A stretch of 64,000 bases of DNA from a virus, in IMG/VR virus record IMGVR_UViG_3300027963_000039. One strand, given 5' to 3'. The notes below the pieces were generated by a model. It did no database searches. It was given only the letters and a program-made list of their open reading frames with translations, and was not told the origin of the DNA. Position numbers and translations under genes: made by a program. This document shows positions 10,623-21,658 of this stretch, one piece after another (the stretch's first letter is position 1; each line of letters begins with the position of its first letter).

Positions 10623-10864
10623 AACAGTTATTAAAATTTTCAGCAACATGGTGTGGTCCTTGTAAATCCTTGGCCAACAATTTTAAACATGTGAATCTTG
10701 GTGATGTTGAATTGGTTAACATTGATATTGAAGAAGAAAGTGCAAAGACGATTAGTTATGGTGTACGTGGAGTACCTACTATGGTTTTATTGGAAGATGG
10801 TGTCGAAATCAAACGTAAAACTGGTGTACTTATGGCCGACCAAATCGAGGAATTCATTAAATGA
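10619..10864 (+). CDS. trxA: Thioredoxin
   Basis: WCGPC active site and GVPT. Confidence 0.95.
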   Translation: MKQLLKFSATWCGPCKSLANNFKHVNLGDVELVNIDIEEESAKTISYGVRGVPTMVLLEDGVEIKRKTGVLMADQIEEFIK

Positions 10865-11847
10865 TAAGCAAAACAAAATCAATTTTAACTGATGAACGTA
10901 CATACTTTAAACCTTTCAACTATCCATGGGCCTACGATGCTTGGCTGAAACATGAACAATCACATTGGCTTCACACGGAAGTTCCAATGGCTGAAGATGT
11001 TAAAGATTGGAAAAAGAAGTTAACAAACGAAGAAAAACAATTTTTAACAAACATCTTTCGTTTCTTTACACAGGGTGATATTGACGTTGCTGGTGGTTAC
11101 GTCAATAATTACTTGCCTTATTTTCCCCAACCAGAAATACGGATGATGTTGGCTGGTTTTGCTGCTCGTGAAGCTTTACATATTGCTGCATATTCACATT
11201 TGATTGAAACACTTGGTTTACCTGAAACAACATACAACGAATTCATGGAGTATGCTGAAATGAAGGAGAAACATGATTATGTTATGGACATTGCCAGCAA
11301 AAATACAACAAAAGAAAACACCGCAACACACATTGCTGTGTTCTCAGCCTTCACCGAAGGTATGCAATTATTCTCATCATTCATTATGTTATTGAATTTT
11401 CCTCGTACAGGAAAGATGAGGGGTATGGGTCAGATTGTAACATGGTCGATTGTTGATGAGACAATGCACGCTGAGTCGATGATTAAGTTATTCAGAACCT
11501 ACATAGAAGAAAATAAAGAAATTTGGAATGATGAATTGAAAAGTAGAATATATACAATAGCTGAAAAGATGGTTCAGCTTGAAGATAAATTTATTGATCT
11601 AGCATTCGGTATGGGTGAAATGGAAGGTTTGAGTTCTGCTGATGTTAAGCAATACATTCGTTATATTGCTGACCGCCGACTCATTAGCCTTGGACTAAAA
11701 GGTATTAACAAAGTAAAACGCAATCCATTGCCATGGGTTGAAGAAATGATTAACGCACCAACACACACTAATTTCTTTGAGAATAGAGCAACCGACTATG
11801 CAAAAGGTGCTTTATCCGGAAATTGGGGAGATGTTTGGGCCAACTAA
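10861..11847 (+). CDS. nrdB: Ribonucleotide reductase class Ia beta subunit
   Basis: EALH...Y (radical Tyr), EG, DETMH and NFFE...Y motifs. Confidence 0.97.
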   Translation: MISKTKSILTDERTYFKPFNYPWAYDAWLKHEQSHWLHTEVPMAEDVKDWKKKLTNEEKQFLTNIFRFFTQGDIDVAGGYVNNYLPYFPQPEIRMMLAGFAAREALHIAAYSHLIETLGLPETTYNEFMEYAEMKEKHDYVMDIASKNTTKENTATHIAVFSAFTEGMQLFSSFIMLLNFPRTGKMRGMGQIVTWSIVDETMHAESMIKLFRTYIEENKEIWNDELKSRIYTIAEKMVQLEDKFIDLAFGMGEMEGLSSADVKQYIRYIADRRLISLGLKGINKVKRNPLPWVEEMINAPTHTNFFENRATDYAKGALSGNWGDVWAN

Positions 11848-11861
11848 AAAGAAAGAAAAAA

Positions 11862-12050
11862 ATGACAAACAAATCTATGACTGGAGACTGTTCTAGCTGT
11901 GAATCAACCTACGGCATAGAATTTACGGAAGAACTTGTATCAGAAGAATTTCCGGAATATTGTCCATTTTGTGGTGAGACCATCGATGAATTATCAGAAG
12001 AATATGCAGAAGAAGATGATGATCCAGAAGATGAAAACCGATGGGATTAA
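11862..12050 (+). CDS. Acidic zinc-ribbon protein
   Basis: CSSC...CPFC with an acidic tail. Confidence 0.7.
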   Translation: MTNKSMTGDCSSCESTYGIEFTEELVSEEFPEYCPFCGETIDELSEEYAEEDDDPEDENRWD

Positions 12051-12478
12051 ACTGGACATATAACGATAAAGAATTTACGGAAGACTTGATTGGTGATAAT
12101 TTAGGATTTGTATATGAAATAACAAATCTTGAAAATAATAGAAAATATATTGGTAAAAAATTATTTCATTCATCCAAAACCAAACAAGTAAAAGGTAAAA
12201 AGAAGCGTATTAAAGTTCCAAGTGATTGGCAAACTTATTACGGAAGTAGTGCCGATCTTGCTAAAGATGTGTTATCATTAGGACAAGAAAAGTTCCAAAG
12301 AAAAATAATACACCTTTGTAAATCTAGAGGTGAGTGTAGTTATCTCGAAGCCAAAGAACAATTTTTAAATTGTGTTATGGAAAGAGAAGATTACTACAAT
12401 ACGTGGATTATGGTTAGAGTTAGAAAATCGCATATTAAGGATTATAATGCTAGACTTCTTAGTGGAACTAAAGAATGA
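12041..12478 (+). CDS. denA: GIY-YIG endonuclease (T4 endonuclease II-like)
   Basis: GFVY...KYIGKK and YYGSS motifs; follows nrdB as in T4-like phages. Confidence 0.75.
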   Translation: MGLNWTYNDKEFTEDLIGDNLGFVYEITNLENNRKYIGKKLFHSSKTKQVKGKKKRIKVPSDWQTYYGSSADLAKDVLSLGQEKFQRKIIHLCKSRGECSYLEAKEQFLNCVMEREDYYNTWIMVRVRKSHIKDYNARLLSGTKE

Positions 12479-12803
12479 TAATCAGGATTTTGATTTCCTG
12501 AGTTTCACTTCAAACGATAATGGTGAGTCATTATCTATTACAGGTGAAAAATATAAAGATCCAGGAACACCAGTCGGAGGCAGCGCTATTGGTCCACAGT
12601 ATCATATAGTCTTGTACAAAGATCATCCAACAGATAAGAAAAAATTCTGTGATGTGGAATGTTTTAATGGTATACTTGCTGATCCTTGGGAATACATCTC
12701 CGGACTAATTCCTGTAGGTTTCTATGGCGTAATCGCAAGAACAACTACCACTTCCGAACCAATCATACAAAGGCTGGTTGACACCATCAAAAAAGTGTGT
12801 TAG
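12447..12803 (+). CDS. Hypothetical protein
   Basis: ORF with an AAGG RBS, fills the gap before rnh. Confidence 0.6.
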   Translation: MLDFLVELKNDNQDFDFLSFTSNDNGESLSITGEKYKDPGTPVGGSAIGPQYHIVLYKDHPTDKKKFCDVECFNGILADPWEYISGLIPVGFYGVIARTTTTSEPIIQRLVDTIKKVC

Positions 12804-12836
12804 AATTGAATCTTTAGAAACTATTGAAAGTTTGTT

Positions 12837-13688
12837 ATGATTCTGGTAGATTTAAATCAGGTACTATTATCTGGCCTGATGGCACAGATTTCGAATCAAA
12901 AAGGTGTGAAGCTTGAAGAAAGCTTAGTTCGCCATATGATTCTAAACATTATCCGGATGCACGTTAGGAATTTCCGCAAGGACTATGGCGATATAGTCCT
13001 CTGTTGTGACAACAGGAAATACTGGCGTAAAGAATTCTTTCCTTTCTATAAAGCAAGCCGAAAGAAGAACCGTGAAAAATCCGACCTAGACTGGCATATG
13101 ATTTTTGATATGTTGGCAAAATTCAAGTTGGAACTGAAAGAAAATTTTCCCTACAAGGTTATCGATGTTGAAGGTGCAGAAGCTGATGATATCATTGGCA
13201 CATTAGTACCAATCTATGCACCACACGAAAAGATTTTAATTCTTTCTAGTGACGGTGACTTCCTACAACTACAGATGTATGGTGAAAATGTTAAACAATA
13301 CAATCCATCACAGAAGAAATACATTAAGTCCAACGAACCTCTTTTAGAATTAAAAGAGAAGATTATTCGTGGTGATAAAGGTGACGGTATACCAAACATT
13401 TTTTCACCATCAGATTGTTTTGTGCGTGAACTTAGACAAAAACCAATCACACAAAAAATAATTGAAAAATACCTAAATGAGTCAACCGATAAATGGGGTG
13501 ACGAATCAGCAATCACAGGATTCTCACGAAACGAAACCTTAATTGATCTAAGGATGATTCCATCTGAAATTAAACAGAAAATTATAAATAACTATAATGA
13601 AGTTAAACCTGCATCTAAACAACGGATGTTAAATTACTTTATCGAAAACAAACTAAAAAACCTAATGGAAGTGATTGAGGAATTCTAA
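12837..13688 (+). CDS. rnh: T4 RNase H (5'-3' exonuclease)
   Basis: EADDIIG, SSDGDF and GDKGDGIPN motifs. Confidence 0.95.
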   Translation: MILVDLNQVLLSGLMAQISNQKGVKLEESLVRHMILNIIRMHVRNFRKDYGDIVLCCDNRKYWRKEFFPFYKASRKKNREKSDLDWHMIFDMLAKFKLELKENFPYKVIDVEGAEADDIIGTLVPIYAPHEKILILSSDGDFLQLQMYGENVKQYNPSQKKYIKSNEPLLELKEKIIRGDKGDGIPNIFSPSDCFVRELRQKPITQKIIEKYLNESTDKWGDESAITGFSRNETLIDLRMIPSEIKQKIINNYNEVKPASKQRMLNYFIENKLKNLMEVIEEF

Positions 13689-14113
13689 TGAAAAATATCT
13701 ATGAAGTGTTTGATGAATTTGAAGAAGCAAAAAATAAAAAAGAAAGATTGACGGTAATTGAAAAGAACCTGTCAAAAACTTTAGTTGAAGTACTACAATA
13801 CACATTTCATCCAGATTACAAATGGAAAATAAATGAAATGCCGGAAAACTATAAGATTCCTATGGATGTAGCTCCTGGGTTATCACGTTGCCAACTATCC
13901 ACAGAAATTAGGAAACTATATTTGTTTCAAAGTGGAAACGAAGTTGCAGAATCTTTATCTCCCAAGAAACAAAATGAGTTATTAATTCAGCTATTGGAAT
14001 CAATCGAACCTAGAGAAGCTGAAGTGATTATTGGTATCTTCAAAAAAGACCAAAGTGTTAAAGGTCTGGATTATAAATTTGTCAAAGAGGCCTTTCCAAA
14101 TCTTTTACCTTAA
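13688..14113 (+). CDS. Conserved T4-like hypothetical protein downstream of rnh
   Basis: LLESIEPREAE and VKEAFP motifs; synteny. Confidence 0.7.
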   Translation: MKNIYEVFDEFEEAKNKKERLTVIEKNLSKTLVEVLQYTFHPDYKWKINEMPENYKIPMDVAPGLSRCQLSTEIRKLYLFQSGNEVAESLSPKKQNELLIQLLESIEPREAEVIIGIFKKDQSVKGLDYKFVKEAFPNLLP

Positions 14114-14484
14114 TGGATAACAAAGATAAATTAATAGTAACAAGTGGTGAATTTGATCCTTTAACATATGATGAATTACGTTATCTACAAAGATGCCGTC
14201 AGAAAGGCAATTGGTTAATTGTGGGCATACATTCAAATTGGTGGATGACCTATGCCCGTGGTGGATTCACTCAAAACTATTTTGAACGTAGTCAAATAGT
14301 CAGTAATTTAAAATGTGTCGATGAAATATTCCAATTCAATGATTCTGATGGAACGGTCTGTCAGTTACTCAAATTAGTAAAATTCTGTTATCCGAATGCT
14401 GATATAACTTATATATCGCAAGACGATATGTTCAACATGCCCGAAACAAAAATACGTGGCATCAATTTCGAAACCATGAAGTAG
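14113..14484 (+). CDS. Cytidyltransferase-like protein with degenerate HIGH motif
   Basis: SGEFDPL, LIVGIHS and ER..IV..LKCVDE motifs. Confidence 0.7.
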   Translation: MDNKDKLIVTSGEFDPLTYDELRYLQRCRQKGNWLIVGIHSNWWMTYARGGFTQNYFERSQIVSNLKCVDEIFQFNDSDGTVCQLLKLVKFCYPNADITYISQDDMFNMPETKIRGINFETMK

Positions 14485-14495
14485 GAGAAAAGAAA

Positions 14496-14690
14496 GTGAC
14501 GAAGTTTGTCGGTAAATTCCGTAAACAAAAAGATTACAACGATGATTACGAATTTAGTAGGAATGCGTTGAATAACCGTAAACGCAAAGGTGTGAACACC
14601 GAAGTTAAAAAACTATTAAAAATGTATGAAGAAGAAGAATTCATGTATGGATCTTCATACGACACAAAATCCAAAAAAAGAAGCCATTAG
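14496..14690 (+). CDS. Small basic hypothetical protein
   Basis: GTG start with AGGAG RBS. Confidence 0.6.
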   Translation: MTKFVGKFRKQKDYNDDYEFSRNALNNRKRKGVNTEVKKLLKMYEEEEFMYGSSYDTKSKKRSH

Positions 14691-14702
14691 CGCAAAAAAA
14701 TG

Positions 14703-14734
14703 ACGCACCAGGATCAACGGTGGTGCGTTTTTTT
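14703..14734 (+). terminator. Rho-independent terminator
   Basis: ACGCACCA/TGGTGCGT stem followed by a T tract. Confidence 0.75.
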
Positions 14735-14766
14735 CAACTGGTCAATAGGCCGATATGGTACAAATT

Positions 14767-14828
14767 TGTTGTTTTTTAGCAACAAATACCAAAATCTGCT
14801 TGACAAAGCCCGAAATGTGTGTCATAAT
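14767..14828 (+). promoter_or_regulatory. Early promoter with upstream TGTTG-N8-CAACA operator
   Basis: Palindrome 14767-14784; TTGACA 14800; 17-bp spacer; CATAAT 14823. Confidence 0.8.
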
Positions 14829-14855
14829 GATATCTCTTGACTGGAGAATCAAAAT

Positions 14856-15242
14856 ATGATTGTTTATGGACACATTCAAAAATCCAAAAAACGTAAAGTT
14901 CCAAAAGCTGTTAAAAAACAGCATGATGAGTGGTTGGCTTCTGTTATGAACATGTCTACCAACTTTTCAAAAACTAAGCCTAAAGCAAATTCTAAAGTAA
15001 TTCCTTCACCTAGTACGTTTGTACGCCGTGAAACGCCTCATTATCCGTCTTTGGATACAGGATACACAGGAACACTAACGAAAGTTGGAATTATGAAGGA
15101 TTATCACAAAATGTCAAAGGAAGAAAGAGCGAAAATTGATGAAATTAACGCTTGTGTAGCGCCTTTACATAAAAGTAATTATGTTTATGTTTCTCCTGGT
15201 ATGAATCCTGCCGGTTTTGGCAGAAAAAATGAAATTCTTTGA
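14856..15242 (+). CDS. Basic hypothetical early protein
   Basis: ORF directly after the promoter; APLHKSNY motif. Confidence 0.7.
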   Translation: MIVYGHIQKSKKRKVPKAVKKQHDEWLASVMNMSTNFSKTKPKANSKVIPSPSTFVRRETPHYPSLDTGYTGTLTKVGIMKDYHKMSKEERAKIDEINACVAPLHKSNYVYVSPGMNPAGFGRKNEIL

Positions 15243-15617
15243 AAGGAATATTTAAAAATGTACGCTCCGCACGAAGAAACGCAAATTCTACGTGGTATTG
15301 ATGAAATTATGTTCAATTTACGTCATGTTCCAGTTGATGATGTTGCTCATTTCCTAGTAAAATTTAACCCCGAGCTTGCCAGTGAGTTGGCAAATTCAAT
15401 TTCTTTTCATTTTTTCGATAAAACAGAAGGTCAAACACATGAATAATCAACAAACTAACACAAAAGTAGAAAAATACAATCTTTGGTTGAATGCCAAATC
15501 TGACGATGGTGAGATTCCTGATTGGAAACGCCTAGATATCGTTATGAGACAATGGGCAGTCATGTCACAATTTGAAAGTGATCAGTCCGAATACTTAAAA
15601 ATGAAAGAACTGTACCA

Positions 15618-15812
15618 ATGACAGAACAAATTTTCTATTCAAAAATAGAAGATGCTGATGACGGAAGCGGAGACGGCATTTTAACGATACCTCCAGAAAT
15701 TTTAGAATTTTATGGATGGAAAGAAGGCACAAAACTGGATATTTCCGTTATGGAAAATGGCAGCATTTTAATTAAAGAAGTTCGGGATGTTGTAGAAAAA
15801 CAACAGCCTTAA
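15618..15812 (+). CDS. AbrB/MazE/SpoVT-like DNA-binding protein
   Basis: LTIPPEILEFYGWKEGTKL matches the swapped-hairpin pattern. Confidence 0.7.
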   Translation: MTEQIFYSKIEDADDGSGDGILTIPPEILEFYGWKEGTKLDISVMENGSILIKEVRDVVEKQQP

Positions 15813-15850
15813 AAAAAACACTTGACCTTGATCTGGAACTATGAGATAAT
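15788..15850 (+). promoter_or_regulatory. Early promoter with TGTTG-N8-CAACA operator
   Basis: Palindrome 15788-15805; TTGACC 15822; GATAAT 15845. Confidence 0.75.
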
Positions 15851-15873
15851 ACTTGTATTACCTCGGAGAAAAC

Positions 15874-17988
15874 ATGGAAATTATTCAATCTAAATCGCTT
15901 CTTGCAAAATTAATGGCAACCGAAAATCTGGTTGTAGAACAAAGAAAAGTAAATACAGCTTCATTTGATGTTGTAAAGCGTGTTTTGACTGTTCCGATCT
16001 TAGATAAAAATATTTCTGGTTATTTGTATGACCTATTCATGGGTCACGAAGTTGGCCACGCCCTAGAAACTCCTGCCGAAGGCATGAAAAGGGCTTGGGA
16101 AATGAAAATCCCAATGTCAATTATGAACGTTCTAGAAGATGTTCGTATTGAGAGGAAAATCAAAAACAAATATCCTGGACTCCGACTATCGTTTGTCAAA
16201 GGTTATCGTGAATTGATTGAAAAAGATTTCTTTGGTACAAAAGATATCGACTTAAATGATCTGAATTTCCTTGACCGCATAAACCTCTACACTAAAGGTG
16301 GTGCTGCACAAGGTATTAAATTCAACGAAGAAGAAAAAGTTCTTCTTGAAAAAATCGAGTCAACAGAAACATATGATGATGTGATCGATTTGGCTAAAGA
16401 AATCATGGAATACATGAAGAAAGAAAAAGAAGAAAAAAAGAAAAACACTTCTAATGATCCAGATGAAGATTATGATGAAATAGATGATGGTGATGATGAC
16501 TGGTCGCCACAGGATTCCGATACTGATATGTTTGATGATTTAGATGAAATGGACGAAACCGAAGATGATAGCAATCATCCAGATGAGGCTAAAGAATCTA
16601 AACAAAAAGATCAGGAAAAATCTCAAAACGATGATTATGTATCACATACTGATGAATCTTATCGTAAAAACGAAACCAAATTATTTGCTAGTGATCCTGT
16701 AAATTATTATTACGGAAATATTCCAGATATGGATCTGGATAAATTGATCATTAATCATAAAACTATTTGGAAAAAATATCGTTTGTGGGTTGAAGGACAA
16801 GAACTTGACCACAGAGGCATAGATACAAAAGAATTTTTAAAAATTCGTAATGATGCAAAAAAAGTTGTTGGTTATTTGGCCAAAGAATTTGAATTACGTA
16901 AAAATGCCGAACAACTAAAACGTGCTTCAGAATCCAAAACCGGTGAGTTGAACATGAATAAAATCTATTCATATAAATTTGCTGAAGATATCTTTAAAAA
17001 GATGACGATTGTTCCTGATGGTAAATCACACGGATTGATTATGTTCCTTGATTGGTCTGGTTCCATGCACGACCATATGGGAAACACAATTAAACAATTA
17101 ATCAATTTGGTTATGTTCTGTAAGAAAGTAAATATTCCTTTCGAAGTATATGCTTTTAGTTCAGACTATGACCGTGTGTACCGACCAAATGAAGTTGCTG
17201 GCGACTTACAAGTTTGTCCTTTTAATTTGATGAATCTTTTTTCAAGTAAAATGAGTGCTTCAGAATTCACTTATGCTGGTTCAGCATTGGTTCGGATGTT
17301 TATATCTCACCGAGGTTACAGACCATTTTGGTTAAATTTGGGTGGAACTCCATTGACCGAAGCAATCATTGCCGCTTTGAAGGTTGTTCCTGCTTTTCAG
17401 AAACAATACAAATTGCAGATTGTAAACACAGTTTTCTTAACTGATGGTGATGGCCATTCGGTGTCACAAGTTTATGTAAAACATCCAAATGATCCAAGCC
17501 GGATGATGGCGGTATGGGGTGATGAATATTCGGAAGTTACAAGTATCTATAGAAGTAGTACCAAAAAATTAGTTATTGTTGATCCTGTAACTAAGCAACA
17601 AGAATTCTGTACACATGACACGGGACGGCCTTTAACATCGCACTATATCAAAATGTTAAAAGCCAGAACAGGATGTAATGTTGTTGGATTCTATATCATG
17701 TCCGGTCGTGAATTTGGTAGAGAATCTAGACACTTTTTTCCAAACGTTTTTGATGTGTCTAGGTTAAAACAAACATTTCGAAAAGAAAAGTGTATGGTAG
17801 TTACTTCTGCTGGATATGATGAATACTATTTGCTCCGTGCAGAAGGCCTAGATACAGAAGATGAGGTTACGTTTGAAGTGAAAGAAAACGCAACGACTAG
17901 AGGTCTTGTGTCCGCTTTCAGTAAATATACGGAAGGACGTTTGGCCAATCGTACAGTTTTGAATAGATTTATAGGAATGATAGCATGA
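15874..17988 (+). CDS. CobT-like protein (HExxH domain, acidic linker, VWA domain)
   Basis: HEVGH; D/E-rich linker; MIDAS DWSGS, GGTPL and FLTDG. Confidence 0.85.
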   Translation: MEIIQSKSLLAKLMATENLVVEQRKVNTASFDVVKRVLTVPILDKNISGYLYDLFMGHEVGHALETPAEGMKRAWEMKIPMSIMNVLEDVRIERKIKNKYPGLRLSFVKGYRELIEKDFFGTKDIDLNDLNFLDRINLYTKGGAAQGIKFNEEEKVLLEKIESTETYDDVIDLAKEIMEYMKKEKEEKKKNTSNDPDEDYDEIDDGDDDWSPQDSDTDMFDDLDEMDETEDDSNHPDEAKESKQKDQEKSQNDDYVSHTDESYRKNETKLFASDPVNYYYGNIPDMDLDKLIINHKTIWKKYRLWVEGQELDHRGIDTKEFLKIRNDAKKVVGYLAKEFELRKNAEQLKRASESKTGELNMNKIYSYKFAEDIFKKMTIVPDGKSHGLIMFLDWSGSMHDHMGNTIKQLINLVMFCKKVNIPFEVYAFSSDYDRVYRPNEVAGDLQVCPFNLMNLFSSKMSASEFTYAGSALVRMFISHRGYRPFWLNLGGTPLTEAIIAALKVVPAFQKQYKLQIVNTVFLTDGDGHSVSQVYVKHPNDPSRMMAVWGDEYSEVTSIYRSSTKKLVIVDPVTKQQEFCTHDTGRPLTSHYIKMLKARTGCNVVGFYIMSGREFGRESRHFFPNVFDVSRLKQTFRKEKCMVVTSAGYDEYYLLRAEGLDTEDEVTFEVKENATTRGLVSAFSKYTEGRLANRTVLNRFIGMIA

Positions 17989-18647
17989 AAGAACTTGCAA
18001 CTTTTTTTGGTAAAGGTGGAGAAACCGTAGCTTTTCTTTTTGAAGGTGACAATATTTGGAAAGTAAATTATGGTGGGATCAGATCCACACCTCATTTACC
18101 AGGAAATATTTTATCCACTAAAACTTTTGCAACAGAACAAGAAGCAACAGAATTTATTTCTGATTTTATAAACGGAGAATAAAATGGAAATTTCGAAATT
18201 TATGAACGGCGATAAAGAAGCCGTTGTGATGCGTGATTTTAATATCATGCGAGAAAATTATACATATACTGTTCATTACTATCTAGATAAAAAATTGTTG
18301 AGTAAAGAGTCCGTATTAGTATATGAAGATGCTGCTGTCTTAGCGGAGAAATATATTTTTGAAGGCAAAGATTCTGGTCCAACTTTACTGATGGAAAATG
18401 TCTGATACATTTGACGAATTTTTAGATCCCAAAAAGATTTTCGATAACTTAATGAAAAGTTGTCGTGAACTTAAATTTTGGAATATAAGATGCATCGTTG
18501 ATGAAGCCTATTGTGTTGCTTTAGGAGAACTTCCTTTTAAAGTTATCATTATAGATGGAATTTACTACTGTACGGTTATTTCAGAAAAGAGAACCGAAGC
18601 AATGAAAAAGATTTGTGATCATTTACCCGTTATTAAATTTTTAGACA

Positions 18648-19037
18648 ATGAACAAGAAGATTAATGAAATCCTTTTGATTACTCAAGAGGAATGTGTAGA
18701 AGTTACACAAGCCATCAGTAAAGTTTTTAGGTTTGGCATGGACGATTCACACAAAGGTGAAACGAACCGTGAACGCCTAGAAGAAGAAGTTGGTGACTTA
18801 ATGTGTATGATTGACCTTTTGATAGAATCTGGCATCGTTAGTGAGTCTGCTGTAATGGCTGCCAAGGACGAAAAAATGATGAAATTGAAAACATGGTCAA
18901 ACATCTTTAAAGAAGAAGGTGAACAAGTTGTTGTTCCTAGGTGTTCAACTTATCCAGCCTGTTTACTTAAAGGTGTAGAAGGACGACTTACCATAATCAA
19001 CAGACCGGAGATTCCATATCCAAATGACGAATTCTGA
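18648..19037 (+). CDS. MazG-like NTP pyrophosphohydrolase
   Basis: EECVEV...EEEVGDL motif. Confidence 0.75.
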   Translation: MNKKINEILLITQEECVEVTQAISKVFRFGMDDSHKGETNRERLEEEVGDLMCMIDLLIESGIVSESAVMAAKDEKMMKLKTWSNIFKEEGEQVVVPRCSTYPACLLKGVEGRLTIINRPEIPYPNDEF

Positions 19038-19043
19038 AAAGCT

Positions 19044-19631
19044 ATGATTAACCATTATTTTCCTACAGCAGTATTTTCCGAAATAAACTTACCCTTGGCT
19101 GAGGCTATGTTGCCGGTTGCACGAAAATATTTGGATGATAAAGAATATGTTGGTAACCGATGGAATTACAAGAATACTTATGAGTATGGAATTAAAATGG
19201 CTGGACAACCAGACATACAACCATATAATCATTATATAACCGAGAAAAGTAAACAATTTTTACGTGTTATAGGATATGATCCAAATCATCTTGAGTTTGT
19301 TAGCCAGATTTTTGTAAGTGAGATGTTCAAAGGTGATCACCATGGAAGACACACTCATGCTAATTCTGTTATATCCGGAATTTTATATTTACAAGTACCC
19401 GAAAATTCAGCGCCTATTATATTTTTAGATCCTAGACCACATAGAGATTTTTTAAACTTACCTAAACTTTCATATAATACTCCGGAAAATAGAGACAGTA
19501 TAATGATTCATACTCGCAAAGGATTATTTCTATGTTGGGAATCTTGGTTACCCCATATTGTACCGAAATCTATGAATGAAAATGAAGGAAGAATTACGAT
19601 GGTTTTTAATTTAATTGAGAAAAGAAAATGA
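19044..19631 (+). CDS. Putative 2OG-Fe(II) oxygenase (TIGR02466-like)
   Basis: HTH..SGILY, F.DPR, SWLPH and R....FN motifs. Confidence 0.8.
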   Translation: MINHYFPTAVFSEINLPLAEAMLPVARKYLDDKEYVGNRWNYKNTYEYGIKMAGQPDIQPYNHYITEKSKQFLRVIGYDPNHLEFVSQIFVSEMFKGDHHGRHTHANSVISGILYLQVPENSAPIIFLDPRPHRDFLNLPKLSYNTPENRDSIMIHTRKGLFLCWESWLPHIVPKSMNENEGRITMVFNLIEKRK

Positions 19632-20200
19632 ACGAACACATAGATAAAATTAATGAAATGTTGCCAAAGCTTGGCAAGAGAGTGCCATCATTTGTAATGA
19701 TGTTGCAACACATCGGTCAAATTGACAATCCTTTGATTGTTGAAACTGGTTGTGCCAGAATGGAGAACAACTTTGAAGGTGATGGTATGTCATCACTCAT
19801 CTTTAATGAATTTTCAAAGATCAAAGGTGAGTTCTGGTCCGTTGACATCAATCCAGACAATATTGAATTTGCTAAGAAGTACTGTGATAACTCAAACCTG
19901 GTTTGTTCCGATTCTGTGGCCTTTCTACACCAGAAGAACAAAGAATGGACAGAAACAGGACGAAAGATTGATTTGTTGTATCTAGATTCTTATGACTTTG
20001 ATATGAACGATCCACATCCTTCTTCACTACACCATATCCTAGAATTGACTGCCATCATGCCATCGCTCCGAGAAGGCACCATGATTTGTGTTGATGACAA
20101 CTTTGGTGATATCGGTAAAGGTGGTTATGTACACCAATTTATGCTTGCTCTAGGCAAAGAACGTGTGTATAATGGATATCAATGGGTGTGGGTTCTATGA
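19628..20200 (+). CDS. Class I SAM-dependent methyltransferase
   Basis: IVETG, SVDI, DLLYLDS and VDD motifs. Confidence 0.75.
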   Translation: MNEHIDKINEMLPKLGKRVPSFVMMLQHIGQIDNPLIVETGCARMENNFEGDGMSSLIFNEFSKIKGEFWSVDINPDNIEFAKKYCDNSNLVCSDSVAFLHQKNKEWTETGRKIDLLYLDSYDFDMNDPHPSSLHHILELTAIMPSLREGTMICVDDNFGDIGKGGYVHQFMLALGKERVYNGYQWVWVL

Positions 20201-21251
20201 AGCTGATAATCGATGAAAAGAAAGGTTCATATTACTATGTGGACGAACTTGATGAATCGATTAGGTTGTCACCAAGATTTGACTATCTTGAGGACGCCGA
20301 GCAATGGAAATCCCGTATGACCTATATTATGAACAAACTACTTGATGAGGACAAATATCATGAACAACCAAAACCAAATCTCTAATATTATTGAAGTACT
20401 AGAGAACGAACGAAACGTACTACTTACCGAGTTCTACAGACCCGAAACAGAAGGCACCGGTCATTTCAACACCGCAGCCTCGGTTCTCGAAATGCGTATC
20501 AACGAATACAAAACTAAAGCTTCCTTTTCTTCTCAGTTAAGCTAAGGCGTTTTCAGCGATTTCCGGCGCTTCCTAACACACCATGGATACTTCAAACATA
20601 CTCAACGAATCCAGTATATTTCCGGTTTGGCCAGAGCAATCAAGAGCTGATCCAAAGCAAATCGAAATAGAATTCTTTTGGCCTCTAACCGAGCAATTTA
20701 AATTGGATTTAGACTTCACGCCTTGCGAGAAACCTAAGACTTATTATTATGGTGTCGGTTCCAGCGGATCGGTAACATACACACCTAATGCCTTACACAC
20801 AACCAATTTCACAAATCTCACAAATACGGTAGAGTTGAACTTAAACTTAGACCGTACAAATATTGTGATTTCAGGAAAGCCACCCCTGATTCGTAGGTGG
20901 TTATACAAACTCTTAGGGTTTAAAATTAAGAATGGGAATTAAAATAATGGATATGGACTCAGCAGCATACTTTCTATCTGGTGCAATTTTGACCATGTTA
21001 GGCTTTATCATCGTTGCAATGGGTATCGTTGCAATCAATAACATCTTTGCACACTACTGGCAACCAGTAAAGTTCTTTCTGTATAACAATTACAATCCAA
21101 CGTTTGTTACAGAAGAAGAATTGACAAAGACTATCGAACCTACTATGGAACCTGCAAAGACCACTAAAAGTAATACCACCAAGTAATTACTGTAGATAGT
21201 ACTGTATATGGAATATCAGAGCACTCGAACGATACTCTCTAAGGTTACAAC

Positions 21252-21452
21252 ATGAGCTACGTTATATTCAAACACAACACAGAATATACTGCACGTAAGG
21301 GTCTAGAAGGACCCTTTCACTATCCTAACGGACAGGTTCTCTACTACGACCCTGTTGCCGGTGAGTATTGGGATCCACGCACAGACTTCTATGTGCCTAG
21401 TGAAGATGTTCATCGCCTTCAGAATTCGATCTTTGGTACCATCAAAGACTGA
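21252..21452 (+). CDS. Conserved small phage protein
   Basis: GLEGPF...VLYYDP..GEYWDP.TDFY motif. Confidence 0.65.
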   Translation: MSYVIFKHNTEYTARKGLEGPFHYPNGQVLYYDPVAGEYWDPRTDFYVPSEDVHRLQNSIFGTIKD

Positions 21453-21658
21453 GATACGTTCCATATACAGAAAAAGTCTTTCCCACTAAAACCGGTCCAG
21501 AAAAAAAATCTAGGACCTCGAAAAGCAAAAATTCGAAATCCTCTGGTGGGGCTGGAAAAATAAATTTTGCGCTTAATCAGTTTGGGCCACCATAGCTTTT
21601 TTTAATATACACTGCTCGGCTCATAAATTTCCCCTATCCCTCAGAGCAGCTCCCCAGC

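Noticed and set aside
7463-11847. Introns or inteins in thyX, nrdA or nrdB
   Set aside because: All three ORFs are continuous and of normal length for their types.
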